From positions 102,796,001 through 102,860,000 of the forward strand of contig OZ024745.1 in NCBI GenBank assembly GCA_964016885.1: a stretch of 64,000 nucleotides of DNA. The letters are read 5' to 3'. This document shows, in pieces, positions 41,490 through 55,307 of the stretch (position 1 is its first letter; each line of letters opens with the position of its first letter). The translations under genes and the position numbers were made by a program. This DNA is from Eledone cirrhosa (taxonomy: Eukaryota). Under the pieces are notes generated by a model that ran no database searches, was not told the DNA's origin, and saw nothing but the letters and a program-made list of their open reading frames with translations.

Positions 41490-43435
41490 CCGTCCACTGT
41501 AAAGTGGTTGTGTAGGTGACATGACAAAAAGCACCCAGTTCACACTGTAAAGTGGTCAAGTAGGAGACACAGTAAAAAGTCTCCCAGTCCACACTGTAAA
41601 TGTGGTTGGTGTTAGGAAGGGCATCCAGCTGTAGAAAACCTGCCAGAAACAGTTCTGTGCAAGCGAGACATGGTCACCTGACCAATCTTGCCTCAAGTGG
41701 GACAAATCTGTCCAACCCATGCTAGCGTGGAAGATGGATGTTAAACGATGATGAGGATGATGATAGTTAGTTTTCAAATACACATGGATCAAAATATTTT
41801 CAAATCTAAAACGTAAACAGACCCAGGGTAGACTAATCAAGTAAGGTCAAAAGTGCAATTGTCTTGATAAATGTCTAGATTGATAGAAGCCGTAAATCTA
41901 TAGATATCAATAAAATATATTTCCTTTTAGTAACTAGAAGTGAAATAAAGTAAAATGTACACTGCAATGAACATATCACCCAGATTTTCTGATAATGGTT
42001 GTTACTCTTTTAATCTTATATTGGTTTCAGTCACTGGATTGTAGCCATGCTGGAGCTTTCTATTGAAAAATTTAATCAACTAGAATTTTGTTCACATGCT
42101 GCCGCATATGTGTATATGTGTGTGCATGTGTATATGTGCATATGCATACATTTATATGTATGTGTATATAAATATAAACGTGCAAACACACACATACATT
42201 CACTCAAATACACGCACATACATTCACTCAAACACACACACATACATTCACTCAAACACACACATATATTTACACAAACACACACACACACACACACACA
42301 TACACTCACACACAGCGTATTTTTTCACCATCCCCTTCCTTCCTTTTACACACACATACATTCATGCAGGCACACGTAAAGAGAGGAGTAGTAGTATGAG
42401 GTAGTCAAACTACTCCTCTCTCTTTACATGTGAGAGAATCACAGAAATTTATATATAGATTATGTTGCCTTCAGTTGAACTACTAAGTTACAAGACATAA
42501 ACATAAACACACACAGTGTGATTAGTAGGGAATTATACGAGACAAGAGATTAGTCAAGGGTTGCTAGTTTAGGTGTACTTGGTTACATGTACCAGTTGTG
42601 CTCAAGAGTGATATGACAAGGTCATCCATTAGTGTGTGTATATGTATATTTAAATGTTTATGTTGATATACATGAAAGAAGGATACACTTACTTAAAACC
42701 TGCAGTGTTTGAAGACTCTGTCCATTTTGTTTTGTTTTTGTTTTTTACTAGTTTAATGACTTAAATCTTTTAGAGAGTGGCTTTTGTATCACAGAAGCAA
42801 AATAGTGCCCAGCCTGCACTGTAAAGTGATCGTGTAGGTGTCACAGCAAAAGGTATCCAGTCCACACTGTAAAATGGTCATGTAGGTTTCACGGCAAAAA
42901 TCACTCAGCACTCACTGTAAATGAGGCTGGCGCTATGAAGGGCATCCATCTGTAGAAGCCAAGCCAAAATCAGTTCTATACAAGCAAGACATGATCACCT
43001 GACCTGGCATTGCTGACAACAGGATAACTCATTGAACCCATGCCAACTTGGAAAAATGAATGTTAAAAGGAGGTGATGATGATGATGATGATATATATAA
43101 AACCCGCCAGACAGTCTTATGCGAGCAAGACAACCACTCTTGCCTCAAGTGGGAAAACTCCCGTCCAAACCCATGCAAGCGTGGAACATGGACATTAAAC
43201 GATGATGAGGATGATGATGATGATATACGGTGCAGAGGACTCCTCAGACTGGCTAGGGATATAATAACCTTACTAGTGCTAGTGCCATGATAAAATGCAC
43301 CTGGTGCACTCTGTAAAGTAATTGGTGTTAGGAAGAGGAAGCCAAATCTAGAAGCCATGCCGAATATTGATTGTAGAGGTAAGACATGGCTTCTCAACGA
43401 TATCAACCCATGCCAGCATGGAAAGCAAATGTAAA
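41490..43435 (+). mobile_element. Cluster of short repeats with RTE-like tails (cactgtaa..ggtgttaggaagggcatccagctgtagaaa..acccatgc..gatgatgat)
   Basis: Copies at ~41490-41765 and ~42810-43435; same family at ~56220-56425 and ~61760-62280. Confidence 0.65.
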
Positions 43436-43804
43436 ATTATGTTGATATATTTGTGTGTCTGTGTGTGTGTTTCATTAAATGAAAGATGACATTTAATTAT
43501 ATCTATGTTCTCTTCAGTTCTCTATATATTTTGGAACTTCATTTCATTGACAACATTGTTCACATCATTGAAGAAATTTATTGGTTTAAATAGTTAGTAG
43601 GCCAAAAACCGCTTTTATTATATATTTAAGTACCATTTCATTAACAACATTTGGCAATTGATTATTTCATTAATCCTATTTAGCAATTAATTATTTCATT
43701 AATTGAACTCTTAAACAAATTTACATCTTTCCCTACATTATTTCTTGTCAATGAACTGAAAGTTTAGAAGTTTTAAATGTCATCTTTCAATTAAAGAAAC
43801 GCGC

Positions 43805-43857
<53 letters not shown>

Positions 43858-44044
43858 CATGCATGTACTGAATTGTGTTTATGGAAAGCTGTTATATGCT
43901 GAACTGTCTCTGCACAACAATATTGATGAACCAATAATAATCCTTTGTAACATAGCCATACAGCCAGAAATTTTAGTGAAGGGGTAAGTTGATTAAACCA
44001 GCCCCAGTATTTGATTGTTTCTTTATTTTATTGACCTTGGAAGC

Positions 44045-44380
44045 ATCTTCTTCTTTGCCCACTTATTCCTGAGAGGGTCATTGGGGCAGAGTCCTCAAAC
44101 AATCCTTCCAGCAGGCCCTGTTAGAAGCAGCTGTCTCCAACTGATCCGGCTGGATCCCCAATTGTGACCAGCCAAGCTCATGGATGTTGCCCAGCCATCT
44201 TGCTTGGGGTCTACCCCTGGATCTCCTGCCAGTTGGTTTTTCCCATAAAGTCTGTCCAACAATTCTTTCCTGAGACATTCTAACCACATGCCCATAGTAT
44301 TGGAGCTGTGATCTCTCAATTCCAAGAAGTAGTGGCTCTACTTTTAGTGATTCTCTGATCTGCGAGCTATTAAACTCCGA
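44045..44380 (-). mobile_element. RTE-like LINE 3' fragment
   Basis: QLQYYGHVVRM...GRRSRGRPQARW. Confidence 0.78.
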
Positions 44381-44999
44381 ATATAAAGAACTAGAACAAA
44401 TATAGCAATGGCATTTTTCCCTATTTTCTAATGCCTCTGCCAATCCATCAATTGCAGTGAACCAATAATAATAAGTATTTTCTTAGATTGACTTATGACT
44501 GCAGGTGTGAAGAAACGTCCACCTGATTGTATTCATTGTAGCATATGATCAGTAGATACCAGAAAAATGGGAGTAATATTGGCCCCTACAAGAAGAACAA
44601 ATATTGACTGTCTTGCACAAGGTCACAACTTCTGAGAGGAGAATATAGTCGGTTATATTACATCCAATACTTGAATAATACTCATTTTATTGAGTTTGAA
44701 AAGCAAAATCAACATAAGTGGAAGTTTAACTAAAATCTAAAGGGTCATAGTTAAATACTGCAAGTCATTTCACCCTCTGCTCTAGTGAATATCTATATAT
44801 GTGTGTATTTAACACGTTTCTATGTCGTTCTATATCTATATTTCAGTATTTTATGTATGTAAAATCATCATCATTTTACATTTTTTTCCCATAGTTGCAT
44901 AGGTGTAAGTGAGGAGTAATTAGATAGATACATAGATAAGAGGTGGCACGCCCTTGTCAGCTATATGGGTCTGTCTTGAAAGTGTAGGTAACAACACAA

Positions 45000-45751
45000 G
45001 TGCCAAATGTGTGTGTCCATGAAATTTATACATGTAGGGAGAAATATGTATGCAGTAGATGTACAGGGAAATTAGACAGTAGAAGTTGCATTGATAGACA
45101 TATTTTTCAAGTGCAGGAGGGCGCTATAGAAGTGGTGGATAGCTTCCGGTACCTAGATCAGATTAGCATGGGAGGAGGGTGTTCCGAGGCCATAGTATCT
45201 AGAATAAGGATGGGTTGGAAGAAGTTTAGGGAGCTGCTTCCTCTGTTGACAAAGAAGGGTTTCTCTCTGCATACGAAAGGACGGTTATATGATGCCTGTG
45301 TGAGATGCACGATGCTGCATGGTAGTGAGACATGGGCAGCAACTGCAGAAGATATGCGACGGCTGGAGAGAAATGAAGCAAGTATACTCCATTGGATGTA
45401 CAATGCCAATGTGCGTCAATGACCAAGCATAGACGAGATGAGAAAGAAACTGGGTATAAGAGGGATAAGTTGTGGTGCAGGAGAGAAGGCTGAGATGGTA
45501 TGGACTTGTGATGCTCATGGAGGATGACCGCTGGGTAAAGAAGTGCCAAGAAATCCCAGTAGAAGGAAGACGCAGTAGAGGTAGACCACGAAAAACATGG
45601 GCGGAGCTGATGAGAGCAGACCTCAGATTGCTGAAACTCACCGAGGAGATGACGAAGGACCGTGACAAGTGGAGAGATGCTGTGCTGAATAAGACCCATC
45701 CCACCCTTGCAAGCAGGGAAAAGCGGACGTAAAATGATGATGATGATGATG
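45000..45751 (+). mobile_element. 5'-truncated RTE LINE 3' end with (GAT)n tail
   Basis: VDSFRYL, MLHGSETW, RRLRWYGLV, GRRSRGRPRKTW; tail gacgtaaaatgatgatgat. Confidence 0.85.
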
Positions 45752-45965
45752 ACACCAGGTCCGAACACAAAAGAACAATACTCTCACTATCATTGCCTCT
45801 GTCTCTCCTGCTCTCCCCATCTTTCATAATTTCCTTCTGTATTCTGTCCACCAGGGCTGCAGGGTGGCCAGCATGTGGGCCCCCATTTGCTCATAATAGT
45901 GAGAGATGGGGAGAGATGAAGGCAGTGACAGTGGAGTTTAGTTCTTTGGGGTTCGGACCTGGTGT
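45752..45965. mobile_element. MITE-like element with inverted termini
   Basis: acaccaggtccgaac...gttcggacctggtgt; the right half is repeated at ~49295-49391. Confidence 0.6.
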
Positions 45966-47289
45966 ATATGTACATGTTTCACAGACACACACTGATGACA
46001 CTTGCATAGGTTGGATGAGTGGTTATGGTTTGAGTAACTTATTATTTGGAGCTATCAGAGGACAACATCTAGCTTGTACATTCACATTTAGCATGTTTTC
46101 TATGACTGGATACCTTTCCTGTTTGAATCTTGTTAATGTGCATATGCTTATATTTGCTTGTGCATCTAAGTTTATTGCATTTATAAGTATTAGTATTCAA
46201 ATACATGAGTTTGGGAATCCCAATTCATTATATACAAAGTAAATACTTTCAAAGAATGCCAACATTAATAGACAAAAGATAAATGATATTCACTTTCATT
46301 GTGAGAAAGATATTTAGATTGTAACTGGGTGATCAAATGTTTAACCAATCTCTTTTCAGTAACGAAAATAAGAAAAATTTGCTTTCTACTTTGTTGATTA
46401 GAGCATGAGTGTAAACTGCCTATTTAGCTTTTATTTTATCTTCATCAGTAAAGCAAAATTATCAAGATCTCAAAAGTATTAATTATTCAGCAAAATTGTT
46501 CTCTCAAATAATTTTTTCTGTAATTAGACAATTCCTTATTTCCTTGGTTGATTACAAATTAATTTCCAGTGAACAACTGATGAAAAGACAAACATCATAC
46601 TAAATTAGTATAAAGAATTTCAAGAATAGTAATTTGAAATTAGAGATATTCTGAAATTCTGAAGAGAAAACAACAATAATACAATAAATGTTAATTGCTA
46701 AATTTCCAGTGTTTTTCTTTCATTTCCTGTTTTTCTTCTATTTTTCATTAGAGAGATTGTTAGTGTTGTTTAGCCCCAGGTCGACCATACATGATTGAGA
46801 AGATTTATAATAAAAGAATTCCAATTGTGACCATCCCAATGTTTTAGAAATATCTAGGACTACATTATCTAATGTATTGTTTTTAAAGATATGACGGTGT
46901 TTAATTTGAGTCAGGTTTGGCTGCTATTTCAAGCAGATTAAGTGACCTCTGATTAATTCAAATGTTAGAGAGGTATAATAACTGAGCAGAGAAAAATGTA
47001 TAAGATTAATGATTAAAAGATTATTAACCTTGCCGCTAATATTGCTTTTTAGCCATTAGGCAAAGTACACTGTGTTGCTTTTTTTTTTTGTTATTCTTCA
47101 TTTACTAGTCATCTGACTGTGGCCATGCTGGGGCATTGCTTCAAAAGATTTTTTATTTAATTCTATTGAGTCAAGCACTTAGTCTAGTATTTATTTCATT
47201 CTTGTAAGATACAAAACATAATGTGGGACATTGGCATTACTTGGTTGGTTGTTACTGTTCTCACCCTGCTCATACATACATACATATAT

Positions 47290-47550
47290 AATATCAAAGA
47301 TTAGCGAAAAGGAGAATATTTATGCAGAACTGATGAGAAATCTGCAGATACTCCACCTTGATTATACCTTCAGATTTATGTCTGTGATTATTGGGGCACT
47401 TGGATATGTTAGTAACTGCCTCAATACACATCTTGAGAAGCTGGACTTCACAGGAACAGAAAGAACACAACTAGTTAGGAAATTACAAATACAATCCATT
47501 AATGGAACAGTAAAAATATGTAAAACATTCCAAAAATTTTGCATCTAATA
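47290..47550 (+). mobile_element. R4/Dong-like (restriction-like endonuclease) LINE C-terminal fragment
   Basis: K..KENIYAEL...VIIGALG resembles RLE-clade C-termini. Confidence 0.55.
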
Positions 47551-48819
47551 ACTGCATATACACATGTACAGATACTAAGCATATACACATGCACACATAC
47601 AACTCAAAACATCCACATCCACACATACAATAACATCCATATCTACTCATGCAGACATATATACCTAGTTGATGTGTAAATTCCAATGAGACATCCCTGT
47701 GGCTATGCTAGAAACTGGCCCTCTCTCTATTGACAAAAATTTGTGAAAATATAAAACCAGAAGAACACACACACACATACACTCTCTCTCTCTCTCTTCA
47801 TGTAATCCTTATGCAGAATCAGCATGACACATTGTGTGGCATGGCTGTCTTTTTGAATTACAAGTATAATCCTTCCAATAAAACTGTGGCTTCAGCACAT
47901 ATTTTTTTAGAATGTTACAATATTGTTTTGAGAGGTTGCTACAGTAATAGTTAATCTGAGTGCAACACCTACAGCCATACATAAGTTGAACAGTTAAAGT
48001 CTACTCCAAGCTCAGAAGCTCATCAATCAGTGTTAGGAGACTTAGAGTACAAAACACCCCAACATTTCTGGAAAAAACACCAGTCTATTGCAAGGTTAAC
48101 AACCAGCTACTGCTGTTACTCATTTTCAGCAATGTGAAATGAAATGTATTCATGAGTGCCTAACAAAAATATAATAGTATCATAGAGGTTGACTTTGCCT
48201 TTCATCCTTACGGGGTCGATAAAATAAAGTACCAGTAATGCACTGGGTAATTGCTGGCCTTGTGCCTAAAGTAGAAACAATTATTAATATTCGGTTTATG
48301 AAGTGTTTTGCTCAAAACACATCGCCCAAAGCCCAGGAATTGTACAGGAATTGTACTCATAGCATCATAATTGTACATAACCAGCACAAAATTTGCAGTT
48401 AATATAACCTGCACAAAAGACATTTAATTTTTTTTTTACTTCACTTAAACATTTGAATGATTTTGAAATGTTTATAGTTTTTAAAGTCTCAAAATTACAT
48501 AATTAGGAATTCTAGCATACTATTGATAATATTTAAACTTAATCCATTCATTTCATCATTCTTTGTTCTGCTGCTTTTCATTAAATTTAATATATTATGC
48601 ACTGTATATAATGGGTACATTGTATCCTCGTATGTCATAAGGAGCAATTATTAGAGTTGCCATGTCATACATAAAATACTGCCTCAGAAAGTCCTGTTCA
48701 ACTCATGCTAACATGAAAAAAACGAACATAAAAATAATGATATTGTTCACTTTTAATACTGTTTACTCAAATCCAAATGACTTTGGATTTTCAAGTTTCA
48801 TTTACTATTGCCACTTTCC

Positions 48820-49290
48820 ACACTGTGCTGCTCTCAACGAGGTCATCAAGCATGGCTTGGATGCTGCAGGTTTTCCCTCCCAGCTTGAGCCAGTGGGGCT
48901 GGACTGAAGGGATGGCAAAAGGCCAGATGACATGACCATCTTTCCGTTCCAGGGTGGTAAACCCCTCATCTGGGATGTCACATGCAGCGACATATTCCCC
49001 AGCAGCAACCTGGTGCAATTTGCAACTAACCCAGACTCTGTTGCACTTCGGGCTAAGGAGGGTAAACTCTCTAAATATCAGTCGCTCTTCTCCAACAGCT
49101 TTGCAGTCAAGCCCATGGCAGTGGAGACTTCTGGTATCCTTGGCCCTAGTGCCACCTCCCTGCTCACCCCTATTGGCACAGAGTTGGCTACCCACAGGTG
49201 TGAGCCTTGCGAGCTGGAATGTCTCTTCCAGCACATCTCCCTCACCATCCTCTGGGAAAATCCTTCTTTATTCTGCTGGGGCAATCAGCG
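48820..49290 (+). mobile_element. CRE-like LINE restriction-like endonuclease fragment
   Basis: ALNEVIK..L..AGFPSQLEP.GL, DGKRPDDMT..PFQGGKPLIWDVTC, KLSKY, PMAVETSG.LGP. Confidence 0.75.
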
Positions 49291-50480
49291 CATTGGCCCC
49301 CATTTGCTCACATAGTGAGAGATAGGGAGAATGGGAGGGATGGAGGCAGTGACAGTGGGAGTTTGGTTCTTTTGTGTTCGGACCTGGTGTGTATATGTGT
49401 ATATAAGTGAGAATTAATTTAATGTCAGATGGTGTGTGTATCATGGTGTGTGTACCTTTCCTCAGGCCACTTTGCTTTATTGACATCCATCATTTTCTTT
49501 CATTACCACCAATCTTTCTTACTAGCCATTACTTGAGCAGTTTAGTGATTCATAAGGTCTACTGAAGATTCACACTTCTACTAATTCATATATTCTCCTA
49601 AACCTTATTTCTTTCTCAGTTATAGCAGGAATATTATGTTGGTGTATTCTATTTACATAACTAACTTCCCAGCTATAGCAACACTTTTGTTACAGTTGGA
49701 ATTTGAAATTTTTAGTCACAGAATTAAAAAAATAGAAATGAATTTATTTGAAGGAAGAATTGATTTTTGCTTTGGCAGAATTTGTAACTGCTGGTGTTTC
49801 GTCATAGCTGTTATTGACATAGTTATTTTGAAAGAACAAGATTGTGACTGGAAAAAATTACTAAGAAGTGCCAAACATTTTCAGAACATGTCAGCTGATG
49901 TAGGCGTCATGTTTGTTGTTTGTGTTTGTAGTTCCCATCAATCAGTATTTGTGAAAGATGTATTTATAAAAACCCTATCGGAAGATAATTTATCAAAGAA
50001 AATAAAATATAAAAACGCAGAAGACAATAAAAATCATATTTTACAATATTTTCAGATTAAACAAAATTATAGTTAAAAAGTAGAAAACTTCTAAAACATA
50101 TTAAACATTGATACAGTCACATTTCTGAATTATGTTATTTTTGTATTATTTACATTTTCTTATTATTACACAACCCCCACCTTTTTAATGTCCTTTTTTA
50201 ATGAGAAAAAAACAATGTTAAAATATATTCAAAATCATCAGACAGTGAAATTACATTCTGATAGAGAAGTGGATTTCCAATTACCAGCTTTTCAACTTTC
50301 ATTGAAGCTTGATGCCATTTTTCTGGTGACAAAATATATTGATGGTACTTAAGTTGAATAGTAAGGACATTTCTGTTCAAAATTTGTAAAATTACTAGTA
50401 TAAAGATCAATATTAACTATTTTGTTTTCACTTTGATTAAGCCTTAAATTTAACTTTATTAATCTGAATAGGAATTAAAA

Positions 50481-50666
50481 GGTGGATTGGCAGTATCAGT
50501 AGAGAGTAGGACACCATGCTTTGACGCATAGAGTTATGGCCCTTGCCATTCTGAATTCAAATCCTGCCGAGGTTAACTTTGCCTTTCATCCTTACGGGGT
50601 CGATAAAATAAAGTACCAGTAATGTACTGGGTAATTGTGGCCTTGTGCCTAAAATAGAAACAATTA
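50481..50666 (+). mobile_element. SINE family A
   Basis: A box, B box and core. Partial copies also at ~33257-33323 and ~48186-48284. Confidence 0.85.
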
Positions 50667-52834
50667 ATTTTTAGCAATGTAACTCTTAACTGATAATGTT
50701 TTGTAGGATAATAGGAACTTAAGGAGGATGTAGCCCATGATATGTTTAGACTGATAGAAGTATTGAATCTGACAAAGGAAATGATGTATAAAAATAGATG
50801 ATAAAAAGCAGAATTGACAGTAATTGTAAAAAGGCCTTATTTCATTACAACTATTTACATTCTGTGTTCAAATCCTACACAGGTTTGCTTTGGCTTTCAT
50901 CTTTCTATGGGCAATAACATGTCTACCACTCAATTTAAATAGTACTGGCTATTGATGTAATATACTATACCTTAGAAGATGGTGCTCCCAGAATGGCCAT
51001 AGTCCAATGAATGAGAAAAAGTAGAAAAATGGTAAAAAACTCCACATTTGGATTTTTATTCCCAGCAGAAAGAATTTGGTTTTACTTGAGAAAAGTCAGG
51101 TGAGTAGAGATAGTGGGTTCTTAAGAAAACCTAGAATATTACAGCCATCTTATTTCTTTTGTTCTAACAATCTGAAGTCCACTGCCTAATGAAAATTAAA
51201 CTAAAATTGTATAAAATATTTGAAATTAAATTATACAAGATTTTAAAATATGTTAAATAGTGTTCTGAAAAGCTAGTAGTTAATATATTTTTTAAATTCA
51301 ATATTTGAGGATAATGTTTTAAAAGTAGTTGAAAACTTGGTTGGCTTTATTGGTACTCTATTGATTGTACTTTCCCTTATTTTCACTTATATCCTTTATT
51401 TTCATCAAAGATATTGAGCCAATGAGAGAGACATTCCTTCATAGACAAACAGACAACAATATTGGTAATATAACAAATAGAAATAATCAACTAAATTATA
51501 TCTTCAAATATATAGTTAATGATATTATATACTGATTTATTCACAATAGTGTTCTCATCTTGGTTATTATAGTCACAACATTTGAATCATTGTACCATCT
51601 GGCTTTCATATTTAGTTGTCATTCTTGGAATTTTTAGCCAAATAATGGATTAAAACCACCAGGATAGATTGTTTACATTCCATTATCCATGTCCAAGATA
51701 TTCTCATATTAGTTATTATTGATGCCACTTACTTATTCTACTTGAATTAAATTATATATAGAAATCCCGCCAAGGTTAACTTTGCCTTTCATCCTTATAT
51801 ATAGATACACTGATCCAGCAAGCAACAACACAATAATTAACATCTAATATGGAATATCCCAGACATGGACAATGGAATGAAAACAATCTACTTTCATAGT
51901 TTGAATAAAGGATTTTAGTTTGAAATTCTGAGAATATTACCAGATACAGCAGGCAACTGAAGAAGGTTCGGGGATACAGTAATCAAAACACTGACTATAA
52001 TAACCAAGATAAGGCCACTTGTCTGAATAAATCAGTGTTGATAAGAGGATAGTTATACATGGCCAGGAGCATAGCCCAATGATTGCATAAGCATCTGATG
52101 AAGTCACATGAATAACCATACAAGAGAAATATATATATCATGCAATAAACAATTATGGTAAAATAAAAAAAAAACATTAACAATAATTCCCCATTTCTCA
52201 AATTCTGACAAAAATGATAAAATTGAAAATCTAAAAAGTATAATTGATTTCCAGATATTTTTTCCAATTCATTTCATTCATGCTTGTATTGAAAATGATG
52301 ATAAAAATATTTAAATTAAGCTGTCTGAATTTAACATGTTTTACATTTATGTATTTCTGAAAGACAGTGATGTATTTGTAAGACTGAGAATCAAAACTAG
52401 GTCACAGATGAATGTTTTCTTTTAAAGAACTTTTCATAACTATTCATAACCCTGCAGCACCATTATTATTGATAATAGGCCTAACACAACCTTGAGAGAC
52501 TATGTTTAGAGTTCATCTTGTTGCAAACATTTTCTCCTTACACATATTTTCCCTGCAGATATTGATTTGTAAAATACGCTTTCCAACAGCCACATGAATT
52601 TCATAAGTTTGAGAAGTCATGCATATGTTATGGGCACTGGGACCCAGCACTTGAATAATTTATGAAAATTAAGAACATAGTAACTCTGGCATTATTCTAT
52701 ACCAGACTATCTGAGTTATTTGAACTTTGTTAAGATAGATCAAATGAATTAAACTGCTCCAGTTTCAGTAACTATATTAAGAGAACAACTGAAGCTGCAA
52801 CAACACTTTCATCATACTAAGTAATATAATGAAT

Positions 52835-53660
52835 ATTTCGAGGAAAATTTTTGAGAAATCATTTTAGAAAAACTTTGATGAAATTATTGGGAAAATTTCG
52901 AAAAGTTTTGAGAGAGATGTTTAAAAAAGTTTTCAAAAATTGCAGAAAACTTTGCAAGAAATTTTGGGGGAATTTTTTCAATAACATTTTGATAAAGCTT
53001 TAAAAAAAATTTCGAGTAAAATTTTTCAGAAAACTTATCAGAAAAAAAATTTATTAAATTTGAGGGAAAGGTTTTGAAAGATTTCAAGAGAAATGTTTAA
53101 AAAAAGCTTTTAAAATATTACAGAAATCTTTTCTAGAAATGTTGGTGACATTTTTTCAAAAACATTAAAAAAAATTTCAAGGTAAATTTTCAAGAATCTT
53201 TCAGAAAAGACTTAAATGAAAGTTTTGGGAAAGGTTTCGAGAGATTTTGAGAGAAATGTTTAAAAAAGTTATCAAAAAATTGCAGAAAATTTTACAAGAA
53301 ATTTTGATGAAACTAAATTTTTCGCAAAATTTTCTGCATTTCTTTGAAAACTTTTTATAATATTTCCCTCAAAATTTTCTGAAACTTTTCCCAAAATTTT
53401 CATCGAAATATTTCTGAAAAGTTTTCTCAAAAATTTACCTCTAAATTTTCTTTAAAGTTTTATGAAAATGTTTTCGAAAATACTTCACCAAAATTTCTCG
53501 CAAAGTTTTCAGCAATTTTTCGAAAACTTTTTAAAACATTTCTCTCAAAGTTTTTCAAAACTTTTCTACAAAGGTTCATTAAAGTTTTATCAAAATGTTT
53601 GTGGAAGTATTTCACCAAAATTTCTCACAAAATGTTTGGCAATTTTAGTATTTTTTGTAA
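52835..53660. repeat. Degenerate foldback-like AT-rich inverted repeat with internal subrepeats
   Basis: A-rich left half (gagaaatgtttaaaaaagttt..aaaattgcagaaa) mirrors the T-rich right half (aaacttttttaaaacatttctctc); switch near 53315. Confidence 0.6.
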
Positions 53661-55152
53661 AAGTCTTTTTTTCAGTTCAGTATTTCTATTTTTTGATGCT
53701 GACATAAAAGTGAATTCTTCTTCCTCATCATTTTATGTTCACTTTCCATATTGGCATAGCTAGGATAGGTTTTTACAGTCAGGTGTGCCCCTCCTGGTTC
53801 CAATCACTATACACTGTATACTGGATGTATTTTAGCATGCACCAACACTAGAGTGTTTGTAATATCTTTGACAAGACTACAGAATCCCCTCTACCTTATG
53901 TTGTCTCTGTTTTATTGTCAACCAAGAAAGGAAATAACTTAATATTGCTCATAGTAGGTTTTACTATATTGGCTCTTACTGACTCAAAGCGCAATTAGAC
54001 TTGATTTAGAGTATGTAAATTATAATATGTATGTAATATGAGTAAAATATAGGGGGTTTGTGTAGAAACTGGTATTTGTGAGAAGAATGTTATTTGTGTA
54101 TTGGGGAGTTTCCAATGAAATATATTTTTGATAAAGAATTAGTATACAACCAAGTGGGAAATACTGAGGTTTTATATGGTTCAAGTCTTTATACAGAAAT
54201 TAGGAGAGGAGTTTAGAGTATTGTCATCTCTACAGGTATGGAAGTTGTTAGAGGGGACAGTAAATATAATAATTCAGAATCAGGAAGATATGAGTCAAGC
54301 AGTCAAGCTAAAATGTAATCCCATGTTGATGAGTGTCAGAGAAGATCCTTATTAATACATATTATAATGGATTGAATGGAGTGTTTTGAAATGAAATCCA
54401 TTTTGTAGATAATTAGGGTGTGACCATTAGCAAACAACTTTTAGAGATGATTTTCTCACATTAGTCATTTTGTATCTGAGTAGAATATAAATTAATAATA
54501 TTTTAAGCTTGTATGAATATCAGAACATCAAGTGGTTGCATCATATTACAAGTGTTATTATTTTTTAGAACAATGGCAGTTGATTGGCTGACTGGTCAGG
54601 GTTTGGACACAATTCCTTATAGTATTTGTTCTGGCTTGTTACTTTCTGAGTTCACATCCTGTTGAGATCAACTTTGCCTTTCATTCTTCTGAGGTTGATA
54701 AACTTCCAGTCAAGAACCAGTATTAATTTGTCTTTCTCCTACCCTACCCTTAGAATTTCTGGCCTTGTGCTTAAATTAGACACCTAAATGGGATTTAAAC
54801 TCAAAGTGCAGAGAGCCAGAACAAATACTGTAAAACAACGTTCTAATGACTTTGCCAATTCACTGCTTGTAAACATCATTTTTAGTTGAAGGAAAATAAA
54901 TTCTTATACATGATCTAGTTCAACTACCTTGAAAACAATAATATATTCAGATTTAATATTAAATTGTTGCCTATCACTAAAATGTTCAGTAGTAAATTTT
55001 TTTTATATATAAAATGCTTTTGCTACTTTATGACTCATTTTTAGTTCCATTCTATCACAGTGTATGATTTGAAATGAATTCAGTTATACAGGTAAAATTC
55101 CGTTAAACGAATACCATTATAACGAAGTTTTCAGTATAACCAAATTGTTTTC

Positions 55153-55307
55153 AAGAAAGATTTATGTTAAGGAAAAATTCTTTATAATGAGATCGACCGA
55201 AACAAATTGAGCCTTTGTTTGTTATTACCTCATAATAACAAACAAAGGCTCAATTTGTTTCGGTCGATCTCATTATAAAGAATTTTTCCTTAACACAAAT
55301 CTTTCTT
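55153..55307. repeat. 155-bp hairpin (75-bp arms, 5-nt spacer) inside a pogo/Tigger-like end
   Basis: Arms 55153-55227 and 55233-55307, one mismatch. Upstream TA+CAGGTAAAATTCCGTTAAACGAA at ~55087. Confidence 0.85.
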
